Assembly (NCBI GenBank): GCA_030431775.1
Contig: JAUIHW010000001.1
Coordinates: 70,900-134,899, forward strand
DNA from: Gammaproteobacteria bacterium
Lineage (GTDB): Bacteria > Pseudomonadota > Gammaproteobacteria > Pseudomonadales > JAUIET01
Length of the DNA stretch: 64,000 nt
Reading direction: 5' to 3'
Part shown: positions 35,304-45,946 of the stretch, one piece after another
How the letters are laid out: every line of letters begins with the position of its first letter
Numbering within the stretch: position 1 is the stretch's first letter
Notes under the pieces: generated by a model
What the model was told of the DNA's origin: nothing
The model's input: the letters and a program-made list of their open reading frames with translations, nothing else
The model's database searches: none
Program-made: the position numbers and the translations under genes

Positions 35304-36914
35304 ATGCGACGATGGAACGCCTGGGGTAATGAGGACAGCAAATACACCAGCGAACTGAATGATAATTTGCGACAGATACTCGAGGCCTTGGTCGGCCCGT
35401 CGAAAGGCTTGCCAATGGCAAGTTTGCAGGATGTTCTGCCTGCAGTACCGCCATCCCGTTTGGTAGCGAATCGCTTGGTGAATACAGACGCCGAGGTCCG
35501 GGTTCGTCACGCGCGCGGACAGAGTTTTCCGGACTGCCTGGCAGTTCAAAGTGGCAACTTCGGAGCTTTTCCCGACGGTGTGGCATTGCCGGAAAATACT
35601 GAACAAGTGCAGGAGTTGCTGCGCTATGCCACGGAGCATGGCGTGGTTGTGATTCCATACGGTGGCGGCACCTCCGTGGTGGGCCATATCAATCCGGAGC
35701 CTGATGACCGGCCGGTGCTGACGATCAGCATGGCGCGAATGAATAAGTTGTTGGAGCTGGACCGGGAAAGCCAAATTGCTACCTTTGGCGCGGGCACGCC
35801 CGGGCCGGTTCTTGAAGAGCAACTCAGAGCGGAAGGCTTTATGCTGGGACATTTTCCGCAGTCCTGGGAGCTGTCGACGCTTGGTGGTTGGGTGGCCAGT
35901 CGCTCCAGCGGGCAGCAATCGCTGCGCTATGGGCGAATTGAACAGATGTTTGCCGGTGGGACAGTGGTCACGCCTATCGGTGAACTTGATATTCCAACCA
36001 TTCCTGCTTCGTCAGCGGGACCTGATATTCGCGAAATGTTCCTGGGTTCTGAAGGTCGCATGGGCATTATTACCGAGGTAAAGGTCAGAGTAACGCCATT
36101 ACCCGAGGAAGAGTACTTTCGCGTCATCTTCTTTCCATCCTGGGTTGAAGGCATGGCAACGGCAAAGACCCTTGTGCAGCAAAAAACTCAGTTGTCGATG
36201 GTGCGCTTGAGCAACCAGATGGAAACCATCAGTCTTTTACACATGGGTAATGACGCAGAGACCGTGAGCGCTTTGGATGCTGAGCTTGCCGCTCAAGGCA
36301 TTGGTGACAGCAAAGTGATGATGACCGTGGGCATTACCGGTAGCAGCGCACAATGTGAGGCTTCGCTAAAGCAGCTGGTCGACTACTGTGACAGCAACCA
36401 GGGGGTAATGGTTTCCCATGAGTTCGGTGAGCGTTGGGCGCACGGCCGCTTTCGGGCACCTTACCTGCGTGAACCGCTGGCCATGGGTGGCTATGCGGTG
36501 GATACGATGGAGACCGCGGTTGACTGGTTAAAAGTGCCCGAGGCGATGGAGGGTATTGAACATGCAATTCGCGAGTCTTTGAGTGACGAAGGTGAGCGGG
36601 TGCATGTCTACACCCACCTGTCCCATGTGTATGGGCAGGGTTCCAGTATCTATTCAACTTACTTGTTTCGTTACGCCGACAGTTTCGAAGGAACCTTGCA
36701 GCGGTGGCGGAAGCTAAAACAGGCCGGGGCGCAGGCAATCGTTTCCTATGGTGGCACGATCAGCCATCAGCATGGTGTGGGTGTCGATCATCGCGATTAT
36801 TTACCAGCGGAAAAGGGAGAGCTGGGTATTGCCGTTATTCGCAAAGTATGTCGCTTGTTTGACCCCAATGGCTTGATGAACCCGGGCAAGCTCATTGCTG
36901 ATCAGCGGTCTTAG
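35304..36914 (+). CDS. FAD-linked oxidase, alkyl-dihydroxyacetonephosphate-synthase (AGPS)-like
   Basis: ATG 35304 lies 5 nt after GGAGG. The N-terminal MRRWNAWGNE is typical of bacterial AGPS homologues. It has an FAD_binding_4 block VVVIPYGGGTSVVGH and a C-terminal HQHGVG. Confidence 0.85.
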   Translation: MRRWNAWGNEDSKYTSELNDNLRQILEALVGPSKGLPMASLQDVLPAVPPSRLVANRLVNTDAEVRVRHARGQSFPDCLAVQSGNFGAFPDGVALPENTEQVQELLRYATEHGVVVIPYGGGTSVVGHINPEPDDRPVLTISMARMNKLLELDRESQIATFGAGTPGPVLEEQLRAEGFMLGHFPQSWELSTLGGWVASRSSGQQSLRYGRIEQMFAGGTVVTPIGELDIPTIPASSAGPDIREMFLGSEGRMGIITEVKVRVTPLPEEEYFRVIFFPSWVEGMATAKTLVQQKTQLSMVRLSNQMETISLLHMGNDAETVSALDAELAAQGIGDSKVMMTVGITGSSAQCEASLKQLVDYCDSNQGVMVSHEFGERWAHGRFRAPYLREPLAMGGYAVDTMETAVDWLKVPEAMEGIEHAIRESLSDEGERVHVYTHLSHVYGQGSSIYSTYLFRYADSFEGTLQRWRKLKQAGAQAIVSYGGTISHQHGVGVDHRDYLPAEKGELGIAVIRKVCRLFDPNGLMNPGKLIADQRS

Positions 36915-36921
36915 TTTCGCA

Positions 36922-38505
36922 ATGCAAACACCAGTCTCATTTACTAAGCGTGATAAGTTGCTGGCGCAATTGCGCCGAGATGAAGCAAATGATTGGGATT
37001 TGATTGTTGTCGGAGGGGGTATTACCGGAGCGGGTGTGCTGCGGGAAGCTGCGCGGCGCGGATATCGGGCGCTACTGTTGGAACAGCAGGACTTTGCCTG
37101 GGGAACGTCGAGTCGTTCTTCAAAGATGATCCATGGTGGCTTGCGCTATTTGGCATCCGGCGATCTGCGTTTGACTCGACAGGCGCTCACTGAGCGGGAA
37201 CGTTTACTGCGAGAAGCGCCCGGGCTGATCGAGCGCATGGGCTATTATTACGTGCTGCGTAAGGGCGGTTTCCCTGGGCGATGGGCGATGTCACTAGTTC
37301 TGGCAATCTACGACAGCATCGCGCGCATCAAAGATCACCGGTATGTTGACAATTCAAAATTGCTTCAAGAGTTCCCGGGCCTGAGCGATACCGGCCTGAC
37401 AGGGGCCTGCTATTACACCGATGCAGTAAGTGATGACGCCCGATTGGTGTTGCGAGTGTTGCAGGAGGCTATCGCGGACGGTGGTGAGGCACTGAACTAT
37501 GTCACAGTTCAAAACTTATTGCTTGAGGAAGACCAGGTTGCCGGAGTCAGTCTAACGACTGACAGTGACCGCGAGCCAATAAGGCTTCGTGCGCCGGTGG
37601 TCATCAGCGCCACCGGAGCATGGGCCGACCAGCTGCGCGGTGAAGTCCACACTGAGAAACGTATTCGACCGCTGCGCGGCAGCCATCTCGTTTTGCCAAA
37701 ATCACGACTGCCGGTTAACAATGTGTTGGCCTTCCAGCATCCAAAAGACAAGCGAGCGGTTTTTATTTTTCCTTGGGAAGGTACTACGGTGGTGGGGACC
37801 ACCGACCTTGATCACAGCGATGACCTGAATATTGAAGCGGGTATCACAGCGGAGGAAGTGGACTATCTTCTGGAGATGGTCCACCATCAGTTTCCGAAAC
37901 TGCATATTTGCCGTGATGATGTGCTATCGACATGGTCGGGGGTTCGCCCTGTAATTGGTTCCGAAAAATCGAGGGACGCCTCGAAGGAACGTCGGGACCA
38001 CGCGGTGTGGGTCGATAAGGGCCTGGTAACGGTGAGCGGTGGCAAACTGACGACTTTTCGCCTGATTGCTCTGGACGCCCTGAAGGCTGCAGCTGCCCGT
38101 CTACCCGAGCGTGACGTGGTGCATGATGATACGGTATTTCGAAGCGGTGATCCGAGTGCTGGAACCGGGAAACATGATAACGCCGTCATGCTGCGAGCCC
38201 GTTATGGGGTCAATACAGCAAGCCTGTTGGAAGACGCCGAAATAAACGAATGTAAATGTGTTGAGGGTACATCGTATTCGCTGGCGGAATGCCGCTGGGC
38301 GTTACGGCATGAAGCCGTGCAGCACCTGGATGATTTGCTGTTACGACGAACCCGGCTGGGTCTTATTACGCCTAACGGTGGCAGCAAGTTGCTGGAGACG
38401 CTGCAAGTGCTGTGTAAGAACGAGCTTGGATGGAACGAGGAGCGTTGGATCAGGGAAGTTGAGAGATACAGTAAGATCTGGCAACAATATTATTCACTGC
38501 CTTGA
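36922..38505 (+). CDS. FAD-dependent glycerol-3-phosphate dehydrogenase/oxidase (GlpD-like)
   Basis: It has DLIVVGGGITGAGVLREAARRGYRALLLEQQDFAWGTSSRSSKMIHGGLRYL, the GlpD N-terminal signature. It lies 7 nt after the preceding gene. Confidence 0.85.
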   Translation: MQTPVSFTKRDKLLAQLRRDEANDWDLIVVGGGITGAGVLREAARRGYRALLLEQQDFAWGTSSRSSKMIHGGLRYLASGDLRLTRQALTERERLLREAPGLIERMGYYYVLRKGGFPGRWAMSLVLAIYDSIARIKDHRYVDNSKLLQEFPGLSDTGLTGACYYTDAVSDDARLVLRVLQEAIADGGEALNYVTVQNLLLEEDQVAGVSLTTDSDREPIRLRAPVVISATGAWADQLRGEVHTEKRIRPLRGSHLVLPKSRLPVNNVLAFQHPKDKRAVFIFPWEGTTVVGTTDLDHSDDLNIEAGITAEEVDYLLEMVHHQFPKLHICRDDVLSTWSGVRPVIGSEKSRDASKERRDHAVWVDKGLVTVSGGKLTTFRLIALDALKAAAARLPERDVVHDDTVFRSGDPSAGTGKHDNAVMLRARYGVNTASLLEDAEINECKCVEGTSYSLAECRWALRHEAVQHLDDLLLRRTRLGLITPNGGSKLLETLQVLCKNELGWNEERWIREVERYSKIWQQYYSLP

Positions 38506-38545
38506 TCTTTAATTTTATCAAAACAAAGTCATAAAGAGGTCTGTC

Positions 38546-40111
38546 ATGTCAGGGGCCGGTCAGCGTTATTTACTCGCCATTGATAATGGTACACAGAGTG
38601 TCAGGGCTCTGCTGTTTGATCAGTATGGCGAACTGCACGCAAAGAGCAAGGTGGAGATTGAGCCCTATGTTTCGCGCCAGCCTGGTTGGGCGGAACAGGA
38701 CCCGGAGTACTACTGGTCGTCGCTTTGTGAAGCCTGCCAGCAACTCTGGCCCTTGTTGGATATTCCACGGGCTGCTATTGAGGCGGTTTCCGTGACTACG
38801 CAACGCGCCACCGTGGTGCCACTGGATAAGAATGGACACGGTGTCTATCCCGCGATTACCTGGCTGGATCAAAGGCAGGTAGACAGTAAGCCAGCATTGG
38901 GCCACCTCGAATCCTTGCTGATGAGAGTGCTGGGAGCGAAAGCACAGGTCGACAATTTCCATGTGCAAAGCGAGGCCAACTGGTTGGACCAACACGAGCC
39001 CGAGGTGTGGAAAAATGTTGACAAGTTTCTGTTGCTGTCGGGCTATCATATTCACAAGCTCACAGGCCAGTATCGAGATGCTATTGCCAGCCAGGTGGGT
39101 TACGTACCGTTTGATTTCAAAGGTTTGCATTGGGCTGATGCGAAATCCTGGGAGTGGCGTGCGCTGGCCATTCAGGCATCGATGTTACCCGAGGTGCTGC
39201 CAGCAGGCGCGAGGCTGGGAACTGTTTCAGCTGGCGCGGCAATGGAAACCGGTATTCCGGAAGGTCTGCCGTTGATCGCGTCCGGCTCAGACAAAGCCTG
39301 TGAGGTCCTGGGTTCAGGCTGTGTGGATGAGCTCACAGGCAGTATGAGTTATGGCACGACCGCAACCTTTAACAAAATATCCAAGCGGTATTTGGAGGCT
39401 ATTCCATTTCATCCACCCTACCCGGGTGTAATACCCGGTACTTATAATGTTGAAATGTACGTGCCGCGAGGATACTGGATGGTGAGTTGGTTCAAGCACG
39501 AATTTGGCTTGCGTGAGAAGCAAATCGCTGAGCAACAAGGCATTGCTGTCGAACCATTGTTTGATGAGTTGTTGCAAGCCGTCCCGCCAGGCTCTTTAGG
39601 TTTGACCCTACAGCCGTATTGGTCCAGCGGCGCTGGCAATACCGGCCCGGAGGCCAAGGGCGCGATTATTGGCTTTGGTGATGTCCATACGCGGGCACAC
39701 ATTTATCGTGCATTGATTGAGGGTCTGACGTATGCGTTACGAGAAGGGAAAGAACTGGTAGAGAAACGCAGTAAACAAAAACTGCAGCATTTGATGGTAT
39801 CCGGCGGCGGCTCACAGAGCGATCAGATCATGCAGATTACCGCGGATATTTTCGGCATGGAGGTTCAGCGACCGCATACTTTCGAAACATCGGGACTGGG
39901 CGCCGCGATTGCCGCTGCAGTGGGTTCTGGAATCTATCCGGACTTCCAGTCTGCAGTGAGCTACATGACGCACGTCGGTCAGCGTTTCGCGCCTGACCCC
40001 AACAATTCGTCTACCTATGATCAACTGTATCGTGACGTCTACCTGGGCATGTACGCTAAGCTGCAGCCGCTCTACCGAGCGATTCGAGCAATTACAGGCT
40101 ATCCAAAATAA
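38546..40111 (+). CDS. FGGY-family carbohydrate/polyol kinase
   Basis: It has YLLAIDNGTQSVRALLFD (the FGGY N-terminal phosphate-1 motif) and a C-terminal GGGSQSD block. Confidence 0.85.
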   Translation: MSGAGQRYLLAIDNGTQSVRALLFDQYGELHAKSKVEIEPYVSRQPGWAEQDPEYYWSSLCEACQQLWPLLDIPRAAIEAVSVTTQRATVVPLDKNGHGVYPAITWLDQRQVDSKPALGHLESLLMRVLGAKAQVDNFHVQSEANWLDQHEPEVWKNVDKFLLLSGYHIHKLTGQYRDAIASQVGYVPFDFKGLHWADAKSWEWRALAIQASMLPEVLPAGARLGTVSAGAAMETGIPEGLPLIASGSDKACEVLGSGCVDELTGSMSYGTTATFNKISKRYLEAIPFHPPYPGVIPGTYNVEMYVPRGYWMVSWFKHEFGLREKQIAEQQGIAVEPLFDELLQAVPPGSLGLTLQPYWSSGAGNTGPEAKGAIIGFGDVHTRAHIYRALIEGLTYALREGKELVEKRSKQKLQHLMVSGGGSQSDQIMQITADIFGMEVQRPHTFETSGLGAAIAAAVGSGIYPDFQSAVSYMTHVGQRFAPDPNNSSTYDQLYRDVYLGMYAKLQPLYRAIRAITGYPK

Positions 40112-40113
40112 TA

Positions 40114-41970
40114 TTATGCAATTAGCAAGACGACCAGTGTCCACAAAAGTGCGGCGCAGCTTGCTGCTAAGCTCGCTGGTACAATTTGCGTCTTCACATG
40201 GTCCATCAAATCACAACCTGTGGTCATTGCGCTTAATATAGTGGTGTCAGAGATGGGTGAGCACTGATCGCCGTACACACTGCCATTGAGTACGGTCGCA
40301 AAACACACGGCCATATAAAGTTCCGGGTTAGCCAGGCCTTGTGAACTGGCCACTGCCCAAGCCAAAGGCATTGCCAAAGGGAAAGCAATTGCGTAGGTGC
40401 CCCAACTGGTACCGGTGGAAAACGCAGTAATCATCGTGATGAGCTGCAAGCTCAGGGGCAAAAGCCAGTACGGGATGGATCGCCCCAATAATTCGACCAG
40501 GTAAAAACCACCGCCAGCTTCTTTGCTAATCGCACCGACGGTGATCGCGAGCATCAATATTACCGATGCAACAACGACACCCTTCAAGCCATCGCCAAAG
40601 CCTTCAATAACATTGCCAAGCGACATTCCCTTGAACAGCGCAATAATGGCGCTCACCAATAAAGCAGTACCGAAAGCCCAGTTCACTTTCGGAATACCCG
40701 TTATGATGAATGTCCCCACCGCGATCCCAATGATCAAGATAATGGGAATGAAGAACTCTATGACGTGCGGTGGGTAGCCTTTTGGTACGCGACTCACCTC
40801 CAATTCACGGGCGCTGAGCGGGCGGGCACCCGGAGCATCCAACTCTCCTGTACTGCGCGAGCGTTTGATAGCGTCGCGAATACCCTGGCCGCTGAATTTA
40901 GTAAATTCAATACTGACCAGGAATGTACCAAGTACTGCAAACATTGCGTAGAAACTAAATGGTACGCTGTTGAAGAAAAAGCTAATTCGGTCAGCTTCTG
41001 TAGCAAGAAAAGCGACACCAGGTACAAATATCAGCGCTTGTATATAGGCTGGCCATGCGTTGAATGCCAGAAGAGCTGCAATCGGAGATGCAGTAGAGTC
41101 AACGATATAGCTCATTTCTTCATGGCTGATATTTTCTTTGTCGGCTAAAGGTTTTACAGTGGTACCCACCAGTACCGTACTGACCGAACCTCCCTGGAAG
41201 AAAATCACTCCAAGCAGCCAGGCAACCAGCTTTGCTGACTTGGGACCGCGCACGAAGCGCTGGGTCATAAAAGTTGCAAACGCTTGCGCAGCACCCGTCT
41301 TCGACCAGATGCCGAGAAGCCCCCCTAACAGCCAGAGATACAGGAGTAAAACTCCAGCAGCATTACGCGTGGCAAGGTTGGAGATCAGTACTTGGTCAGT
41401 CAGATCAAAGCGACCGAGCATAAATGCGCCAACTATGATTCCAGATAGAAGCGCAGTCAAAGGCTCTTTCGTTAACAGGCACAGAGCAATCGCGACTATC
41501 GCTGGTAATAAAGACCACGCTCCAAAATGAAACTTGGCCTCAAGCAAGAAATACTGCTGCTTGATACCTTCCGGCTGTAAAGTAGTTTCTACCGCCCATT
41601 GTTGCCGAATTTCGGGTGGGCCGCTTAATTGGTCCAAATTTTGTTGTCGAAGCTCTGCTTTTTCATAGGGAACAGCCTGGTCTATTCTGGACTCCTTGCC
41701 CCTATTGAGATAGACCAACTCTCCGTTAGCATTTTCGTATACCTGAATAACAGTTTTTTGCTCACGCCATTGAGGTTCGACTGACTGACTGACGTAAAGC
41801 CCAGCGATCAGGCTGATTATTGCTACCCAAAAAGCGGGTTCCAAAAGTGGCTGCAGAAAGGGTGCACGTCGAGTATCCAAAGATGGATGCGATGAAGTTG
41901 GAGTAGCACTTTCTTCAAGCGTGGCGGAGGGCTGCCTGGAACCTTCTGAATCGTTATTGTTTTTCTTCAT
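40114..41970 (-). CDS. NhaC-family (Na+/H+ antiporter-like) transporter with N-terminal extension
   Basis: It is polytopic, with at least 11 TM segments, and has NhaC-like C-terminal blocks ([21 protein letters not shown]). The start ATG overlaps the upstream stop (ATGA). Confidence 0.65.
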   Translation of the reverse strand: MKKNNNDSEGSRQPSATLEESATPTSSHPSLDTRRAPFLQPLLEPAFWVAIISLIAGLYVSQSVEPQWREQKTVIQVYENANGELVYLNRGKESRIDQAVPYEKAELRQQNLDQLSGPPEIRQQWAVETTLQPEGIKQQYFLLEAKFHFGAWSLLPAIVAIALCLLTKEPLTALLSGIIVGAFMLGRFDLTDQVLISNLATRNAAGVLLLYLWLLGGLLGIWSKTGAAQAFATFMTQRFVRGPKSAKLVAWLLGVIFFQGGSVSTVLVGTTVKPLADKENISHEEMSYIVDSTASPIAALLAFNAWPAYIQALIFVPGVAFLATEADRISFFFNSVPFSFYAMFAVLGTFLVSIEFTKFSGQGIRDAIKRSRSTGELDAPGARPLSARELEVSRVPKGYPPHVIEFFIPIILIIGIAVGTFIITGIPKVNWAFGTALLVSAIIALFKGMSLGNVIEGFGDGLKGVVVASVILMLAITVGAISKEAGGGFYLVELLGRSIPYWLLPLSLQLITMITAFSTGTSWGTYAIAFPLAMPLAWAVASSQGLANPELYMAVCFATVLNGSVYGDQCSPISDTTILSAMTTGCDLMDHVKTQIVPASLAASCAALLWTLVVLLIA

Positions 41971-42788
41971 TGCTTGCTCGTTATGGCGTTTTGTTGGTTG
42001 CTTTTACGCGCCCAGGCCTGCTCAAATAGAGACGCATTGCGTAGCCTGTCTGCAAACAATGCTTCATAGAAATCACTGCCGATTAACTCCTGATAGGCTT
42101 GGACGGTCTTTTTTACGATTGAAGGGTCGGTATTTAAGCTGTAAGCCATATACAGGCCGTCAGAAAAATCTTCTAAAGCAAGTGCTGGCTCCAGTAAGGT
42201 GCAATCAAAATTCAGCTGTGCGCAAAGGGGCAGTAGGCCTCCAGCACTGATTGGGAAAAGATCAATCCGGTTCAATAGCAACTTGCGCAGGTTCTGGGCA
42301 CTACTGTTCACAGGCTGAATATTTTTGAAGCCTTCGGAAAGTAAATATTCGTGGTGAACGTGATCATTGACAACGCCGATGTTCAGAGCTTTGGCTTGTT
42401 CTATATCAGTCAGCTGTAATTCAGTTCGACTTCTCAACTTGAATAGATAGTATTTGATCGGGATTATCTTTCCTACCCAGACGAACTCACTCGCCCTGCT
42501 TGTGGTGCGGGCAATGGGATAAATTAGAATGCTGTCGCGTGTTTGAGCATAGCGATATGAGCGTTTCCAGGGTGTGAAAGAAAAGGTATAGTCGATACCA
42601 GCTCGATCGAGAATTGCTTTTACGAACAGTGTTGCCTCTCCGTCACGTTCTACTGGCTGTTGCCGTAAAGTAAATGGCGTCGCTTCGGTCATGACGTCGA
42701 TTCTTAGTGAATCGGCAAGCAGCAAAGAGTGCATCAGTGATAAGGTTGTTGCGATCAAGCCGCAAATGAAGTTTTTGTGTTCGCTCAT
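41967..42788 (-). CDS. orphan periplasmic solute-binding protein (family-3-like), likely sensor accessory
   Basis: It starts at ATG 42786-42788 ([25 protein letters not shown], a signal) and overlaps the HK stop as ATGA. It resembles SBP_bac_3 ([12 protein letters not shown]...IYPIART). No permease or ATPase gene is nearby. Confidence 0.55.
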   Translation of the reverse strand: MSEHKNFICGLIATTLSLMHSLLLADSLRIDVMTEATPFTLRQQPVERDGEATLFVKAILDRAGIDYTFSFTPWKRSYRYAQTRDSILIYPIARTTSRASEFVWVGKIIPIKYYLFKLRSRTELQLTDIEQAKALNIGVVNDHVHHEYLLSEGFKNIQPVNSSAQNLRKLLLNRIDLFPISAGGLLPLCAQLNFDCTLLEPALALEDFSDGLYMAYSLNTDPSIVKKTVQAYQELIGSDFYEALFADRLRNASLFEQAWARKSNQQNAITSKQ

Positions 42789-45121
42789 GTTGGAAGTTTC
42801 AGCGAAGGATGTAGGGTGAATAGCCGCTGCAGGCTTTCGTTGTGACATTCTTGAAGCTTTGCAATGTGATTCATAGCCTCTGTGGACTGTCCGGCTTCTG
42901 CTGCCGATTCAATGCACTCTGCGATGCTGCCAAGTTTCATGAACCCGAAGTTTGCACACAGCCCTGCTAGCGCATGGGCTCGCTCTCTCAACCATTCCAT
43001 ATCAAGCGTTTCGTTACTCTGCAACTCATTGATACGAAGGTCGGTTGATTCAATAGCCTCCAGGTATAGGTCACGGAATTTGGTGTCTCCTAATGCATCG
43101 AGATGTTGGCTAACCAGTGCCCTGTCAATTTGCTCCATGTGCTTGGACAGCTTGCTGTTGCCGGTCTCTTTTTGTACAACCTGTCGCAATGTGCGAGCGA
43201 GTTTGGTTTGATCAACCGGCTTGATGATCACTTGATTCATCCCGGCGGCTAGACATTCCTCTATCTTCTGCTCGGAAATATTGGCGGTAATTCCAATGAT
43301 TGGTAGATCGCTGTGATCTCCCTGGCGGATTTTGTGGGTCGTTAAGATGCCGTCGAGGCCTGGCATATGTAAGTCCATCAAAACCGCGTTGATTGGTTCT
43401 TGCTCAATCAATTGTAAGGCTTCTTTCCCGCCCGCTGCCAGGAAAACTCTATGGCCTTCATTCTCCAGTTGGCCCTGAGCAAGTTTTCGATTAATGCTTA
43501 GATCGTCAACTACCAGCACATTGATGCTGGGAATCGTCTCCTCGCCAATAGCCTTGGCCTCGGTAGAGATGGGTTCTTCTGAGACTTCGAATGGTAGCTC
43601 GAACACGAAGCGTGACCCTCTGGCTTCGCCGTGATCATTTTTTCCCAGAGGGCTTTCACAGCTGATTTGCCCGTTCTGCTGCTCGATAATCTGCTTGCAA
43701 ATGGCGAGTCCCATGCCACTGCCACCAAATCGTCGGCTGATCGTGCCGTCAGCTTGAGTGTAGGGCTCAAAAATGTGCTCGAGTGCTTCTGCATCAATAC
43801 CCATTCCACTATCGCTTACTGTGAACTGCAGGCGCACAACTCCCGGTTCTGATATTTCTCCGGGAACCGGTTTAACAGAAACAGTGACATGGCCATCATA
43901 AGTAAACTTGATCGCATTGGTGATCAGGTTAAGCAGAACCTGACGGAGCTTCTCCGGGTCGCCATACAAAGCACTTGGTACATTCTCGGAGACTTCGCTA
44001 TTCAATAGGATGTGTTTGGATTCAGCCGAAGCGGAAAGCAGGAAGATAATACTGTAAATCAGATGGGTAGGATCAAACACGACACGTTCGAAGGGCATCT
44101 GGCCGTGTTCGTATTTCGAGTAATCGAGAACGGAATTCATTAGAGCCAGTAATGATTTGCTGGACTCAATGATTGCGTCCGCGTATTCTTTTTGCTTGGA
44201 ATCACTGCTGCGAATCGCCAGCAATTCGGCCATACCCAGTATTCCACTCATCGGCGTACGGATTTCATGGCTCATCATTGCCAGAAACTCGGTCTTGGCC
44301 ATGTTCGCCTCAATGGCAAGCGATCGTTCAATTTCCAGCTCTTTGTTACGTTGATCCAATTGTTCGGTACGTTCGCTGACTAGAGACTCCAGGTTTTCAT
44401 TAGCTGCGACGATTTGGTGTTTTTGTTCTTCAATTATGGCGATATGCTCATTGAAGGCGCCAAACAGGGCGCCAATTTCGTCTCCGGCGTGGCGTTCGGG
44501 CAAAGTGATCTGGATTTTGTCCTTGCCTTTAAGTATTGGTTGGCTCGCCCTTAGAATTGAACGAGTGAACGTGAGGTAGAACACCGCAAAGATACAAACC
44601 GCCAGGATGATATTACGTATAAAACCGGCCATGAATACGACGATGGATCGCTGCATGAACGACTCTGCTGTCAATGATGGATCAACAACGATACTCAGTT
44701 GTCCAACGCTCTGATCATGGATGCTGGGGTTCTTAAGCTCGCTAGTGATCGTTTCCAGGGGGCCAAAAATCCAGCTGTATAAAACCGTTGTATTTGGGTG
44801 CGAATTATTTTCCGCCGTACCCAGGACATCGCCAAAATCGTCCACGATAGTGGCTTTTATAATTGGGTGGTTGCTGACCAGTCCTCGCGTAATTTGCAGT
44901 GCCCCGGATTCGTCGATATTAAAGGCAGCATGAAATGCAGCGCTGTGGGCGGTTGCCAGGGCATTATTCACCGATTCGCGGGTTTGGGATTGTTCCGCGA
45001 AATAGTCAATATAAATCTGAATGCTGCTTAGAGTGACGCCTATGATGAATGCGACGATGACAGTGTATTTTGTCTGCTGATACGAAAGACTTCGGCGTAA
45101 CGGAATGGCGCTGGTGCTCAT
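42785..45121 (-). CDS. hybrid sensor histidine kinase (periplasmic sensor - HisKA - HATPase - REC - HPt)
   Basis: It has two TM segments flanking an about 130-aa periplasmic domain. It also has an H-box AMMSHEIRTPMSGILG, a G-box GSGMGLAICKQI, a REC domain VLVVDDLSINRKL...DLHMPGLDG, and a C-terminal HPt HALAGLCANFG. Confidence 0.9.
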   Translation of the reverse strand: MSTSAIPLRRSLSYQQTKYTVIVAFIIGVTLSSIQIYIDYFAEQSQTRESVNNALATAHSAAFHAAFNIDESGALQITRGLVSNHPIIKATIVDDFGDVLGTAENNSHPNTTVLYSWIFGPLETITSELKNPSIHDQSVGQLSIVVDPSLTAESFMQRSIVVFMAGFIRNIILAVCIFAVFYLTFTRSILRASQPILKGKDKIQITLPERHAGDEIGALFGAFNEHIAIIEEQKHQIVAANENLESLVSERTEQLDQRNKELEIERSLAIEANMAKTEFLAMMSHEIRTPMSGILGMAELLAIRSSDSKQKEYADAIIESSKSLLALMNSVLDYSKYEHGQMPFERVVFDPTHLIYSIIFLLSASAESKHILLNSEVSENVPSALYGDPEKLRQVLLNLITNAIKFTYDGHVTVSVKPVPGEISEPGVVRLQFTVSDSGMGIDAEALEHIFEPYTQADGTISRRFGGSGMGLAICKQIIEQQNGQISCESPLGKNDHGEARGSRFVFELPFEVSEEPISTEAKAIGEETIPSINVLVVDDLSINRKLAQGQLENEGHRVFLAAGGKEALQLIEQEPINAVLMDLHMPGLDGILTTHKIRQGDHSDLPIIGITANISEQKIEECLAAGMNQVIIKPVDQTKLARTLRQVVQKETGNSKLSKHMEQIDRALVSQHLDALGDTKFRDLYLEAIESTDLRINELQSNETLDMEWLRERAHALAGLCANFGFMKLGSIAECIESAAEAGQSTEAMNHIAKLQECHNESLQRLFTLHPSLKLPT

Positions 45122-45855
45122 GTTTGCCCGTTTATCTCAGCGACAAAAACGTATCCAGTACCATGCGCCGTTGAAATGTATTTTGGCAAATCCCGGTCAT
45201 CGCCAAGTTTCTTGCGAATTCTGGCAATAAGGACGTCAATGGTGCGATCGGTCGGTAACCAATCGCGTCGATCCATGCAGTGCATTAGTGAATCACGACT
45301 CAGCACATTACCGGCGTTGTCGATCAGGGTAATTAGCAGCTTAAATTCGCCTTCGGTGAGCTGAACCGCTTCGCCATTGTCCGCAGTCAAAAGGCGGCGT
45401 CCCGGTTGCAGACACCACTTATCAAAATGAATGCTCTTGCTGCTAATACCATTACCCGAATGAGAGGTGCCAAGAGGATTCTGTAGTCTTGTGACCAGAT
45501 TACGTACTCGAACAATGAGTTCTCGAGGGTTATACGGCTTGGTAACATAGTCATCTGCGCCGAGCTCTAGTCCCACGATGCGATCAATGTCATCCTTTTT
45601 GCTGGTTACCAGAATAATGCCTACCCTGGATTTTGCTCGCAATTCACGAGTCAATGACAATCCATCTTTTCCAGGCAGATTAATGTCCAGCAATATAACG
45701 TCAATAGCACGTTTCTCAAGAATACTGATAGCCTTTTCTCCGCTCTCCGCCTTGTAAACGGTATATGCTTCTTTTTCAAAATAGCTTGCCAGGAGGTTGA
45801 GACTGGCAATTTCGTCCTCAACGATCAGCAGCTTTGTGGAACGGGTGCTTTCCAT
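45118..45855 (-). CDS. OmpR/PhoB-family response regulator (REC + winged helix)
   Basis: It has MESTRSTKLLIVEDE...DVILLDINLPGKDG and a C-terminal winged helix (LTEGEFKLL...TAHGTGYVF). ATG 45855 is preferred over the track TTG at 45864. The stop overlaps the HK start (ATGA). Confidence 0.9.
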   Translation of the reverse strand: MESTRSTKLLIVEDEIASLNLLASYFEKEAYTVYKAESGEKAISILEKRAIDVILLDINLPGKDGLSLTRELRAKSRVGIILVTSKKDDIDRIVGLELGADDYVTKPYNPRELIVRVRNLVTRLQNPLGTSHSGNGISSKSIHFDKWCLQPGRRLLTADNGEAVQLTEGEFKLLITLIDNAGNVLSRDSLMHCMDRRDWLPTDRTIDVLIARIRKKLGDDRDLPKYISTAHGTGYVFVAEINGQT

Positions 45856-45946
45856 GATTACCAAAGTAACTTGTGTACAGGAATTGCGCAGGAGACGTCG
45901 TAAGCGTGCCAGCCACTTGACCGAAATGCAATTCCAATATCCGCTG

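Noticed and set aside
35130-35918. Long antisense ORFs inside well-supported genes. This one is 262 aa. Others are 15457..16248, 22191..22940, 7137..7784, 8509..9102, 17560..18204, 25179..25841, 38570..39130, 47895..48581, 54762..55514, 60148..60804 and 63205..63792.
   Set aside because: These are typical shadow ORFs of GC-rich coding DNA. Every one is antisense to a gene with clear family motifs, is rich in Arg, His and Cys, and shows no motif of its own.
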